A stretch of DNA of 64,000 nt, from the NCBI RefSeq assembly GCF_023055435.1, contig NW_025963957.1, positions 2,108,001 to 2,172,000 of the forward strand. The letters are read 5' to 3'. Below are positions 61,604 through 64,000 of the stretch, piece by piece; the stretch's first letter is position 1; each line of letters begins with the position of its first letter. The notes beneath the pieces were generated by a model. That model was not told the DNA's origin and ran no database searches. It was given only the letters and a program-made list of their open reading frames with translations. Source of the DNA: Haliotis rufescens (Eukaryota). The position numbers and the translations under genes are program-made.

Positions 61604-64000
61604 AGTGTTTGCCTTGGAGCAGTGGCCGAAAAAGCACACTCAGGCCTTAAATACTGTTTATACATCTAGAAGAAGCATCAACAGTAATATCAGGACGAAG
61701 ACATTCCACAACACTTCAACATCTGTAGTTTCAGAATAAACACCCAATAAAAATTACTAAACTTTGCTTGTAATGTTCGAGAATGCAACCAGTAAGAACA
61801 CCACAAATATATATAACTAGAACTAATCTATTTTTGGGGGACTACAGTTTTGTCTGAACCGCCTCATACTAACAAATGAATGTATTTTCAGAGGTATGCT
61901 TTAACAAAAACTGCAGTGTGTAGAAAGCGAGTCGGTACGGCTCAGTGATTACAAATATTAGGTACCACTCTGGGTTCGGTGTTAATTAGATGATGAGATG
62001 ATGAGAGATTTTATTAGGTGGGGGCATGAGGCAGTCGGGTACACGCCAGGCAGATTCTGGTGATGTAGCCTGAAGGAAGGTAAGGCTGCCTGATTGAGTT
62101 GCACCTGGCGGAGAATGACCAGTCGGAGACTCTCAAATATCCTCGTAACTTCTGGCACGTGTGCGTGCGTGTGTGCGTGCCTGTGTGTGTGTGTGTGTGC
62201 TGGGTGTTTGAATGTAGATCATTATCAGCAACATAAGACAATATGTGCGTGACATCACGTTCTCAGCTGTCTCAGCTGTCTTTTATGTGTGTTTGTGTTT
62301 TATTCCCTAAAAACATTTAACTTGACAATCCCATGGAAACTTCAAATATTTCAAGATCATCGAATCATCGTTACTACTTTTCGAGATGTGTGCGAAACAA
62401 ATTATTACTATTTCATGAACTGTCATTTTGGTGGAAAATGTTAAAATACTGGAGTATATTATACAAAGGTAAATAATTTTTTGTCGGATAATCAGCAGCA
62501 TATTATGTCAGTCTCAAAGGCAGGGCAAGGACCGCCTCTTGGGCCTGGTGGATAGAGCGCCTGCGACGAGAACGGAAGGTCGGTGGTCCGATGCCCGCTC
62601 GCATCATACAAAAAGACTTTAAAAGATGTAACCTGCAGTTGTTACCCTGGAGCTCGGCATTAAGGGGACAAAACAAGGAATAGTCGGCTCGGAGTCAGTA
62701 AACTGTGTCTGAATGGGGTAACCGCGGTACGGTAGCTCAGTGGGTTAGTACTATAAAACCCGCATGAGACCGTACTAGTACATATACAAGCAGTCACATA
62801 CACGCACGCACGCAAGCACACACACGTGCATGCACGTCGCTATATGAGTGCAATAATCTTGAACGCTCCTTTAAACCCTTTCTAAATCATTTAATGTCAC
62901 AGCGGGGTTTACAAGATATAGCACGTGGCTGTTTTCTAGATGAAGGAAGGGTTTTCTAGATGAAGAGGATAAAACAACAACTGGTCGATTTTGAGTTACT
63001 TTCACGTGTGTGAGTGAGGTATCCACGTTAATCTTCAGCGTGGTATCTCAGTATCCTAGTTCTATCATACCAGCATTAGCCCGGACTAGTACACATGCCC
63101 GCACGCACACCCGAACACACACGCACACACACACGCACATACACACACGCACATACACACACGCACACACGTGTTTAAACCTTATTTTCACCTAACCTTG
63201 GGTATTTACATTTAAACTTGAAACAATAATATGAGGAATAATGTTTTTGTCATCCCGATTCTGAAAAATGTTCTTACCGATGCCTTCTTGAAATGACATT
63301 AAAAAACATCATGAATGGACTCACTCGTGGAATAATAGTGTAATATATCAATTCTGAAACCAATTTAGATTATACACTATCTAGAATGTTGATGGTGTAC
63401 TCTAGCCTAAAATATATTGCTCAGCACAAACTACACCATTGAGAAACAATATTTTAGAAAACTTCAAAATGTGCACAATAAATCCGGACGAACCTTACAC
63501 AACCATGCCCATCTTGTACTCCCCGCATTGACATTATGTGCGATGAAGGGGTTTACGTCTCACTCATATAGCAACGTGCATGTTTTTAGTGTGTGGTTGA
63601 GACTAGTGCCGGTTTTTAGTGCCAGCCAAATGAATTACCATGCCTCAATTTAACATGGATACCCCACTCAGACACAGTATACTGACTCCGAGCCGACCAG
63701 TCCTTGGTTTAGCCCTTTAATGCCAAGCGCCAGACAGGGTAACAATAGTCCCATCTTAAAAACGTCTTTTTGTATTCGCGGGCGGGGATCCAAATCATGA
63801 AATCCGAAATCCTGACACACGCTCTTGCTCATCAGACCACGGAGGCGCGATGACATAATATGTCAGACTGAGCAGGTGCATATGAACTCTTCATGACGTC
63901 GCTATGCATGTGGTCTTTCAGGTCACCGTGACCTGGGGGAAACTGAATCAATGCATCCTCTTTAATAAAGTAATGAAAAATAGATAATACGGAATTCACT

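Overview
AT-rich, repeat-dense metazoan genomic DNA with spliceosomal introns, most likely from a gastropod mollusc. An abalone-like host is suggested by the PL14 genes and the SINE families. The right half (29.8-61 kb, minus strand) is a tandem cluster of secreted polysaccharide lyase family 14 (alginate-lyase-like) genes: three type-A copies, one divergent type-B copy and one internally deleted type-B pseudogene. Each intact gene has a putative TATA/non-coding exon 1, a phase-1 signal-peptide exon and one ~770-bp exon holding the whole domain (273-aa precursors). All intact copies keep the GGKLPG Lys and the xRxxWR Arg, but appear to have lost the catalytic YxY tyrosines and other cleft residues while gaining extra Cys. 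They may be a conserved pseudo-enzyme or repurposed PL14 subfamily. The cluster shows an A+B cassette tandem duplication, apparent gene conversion, perfect nuclear-receptor palindromes (ERE-type IR3 upstream of type B, IR1 over the type-A splice donor) and an inverted copy of the type-B upstream module at the window end. The left half holds one 387-aa exon of unknown function and several orphan minus-strand exon candidates. The rest is four SINE families, three decayed Tc1/mariner elements, R4/Dong-, RTE- and RTE-X-like LINE fragments, MITEs, long minisatellites and three N gaps. Comparisons with known proteins and repeat families are from memory and need alignment to confirm.
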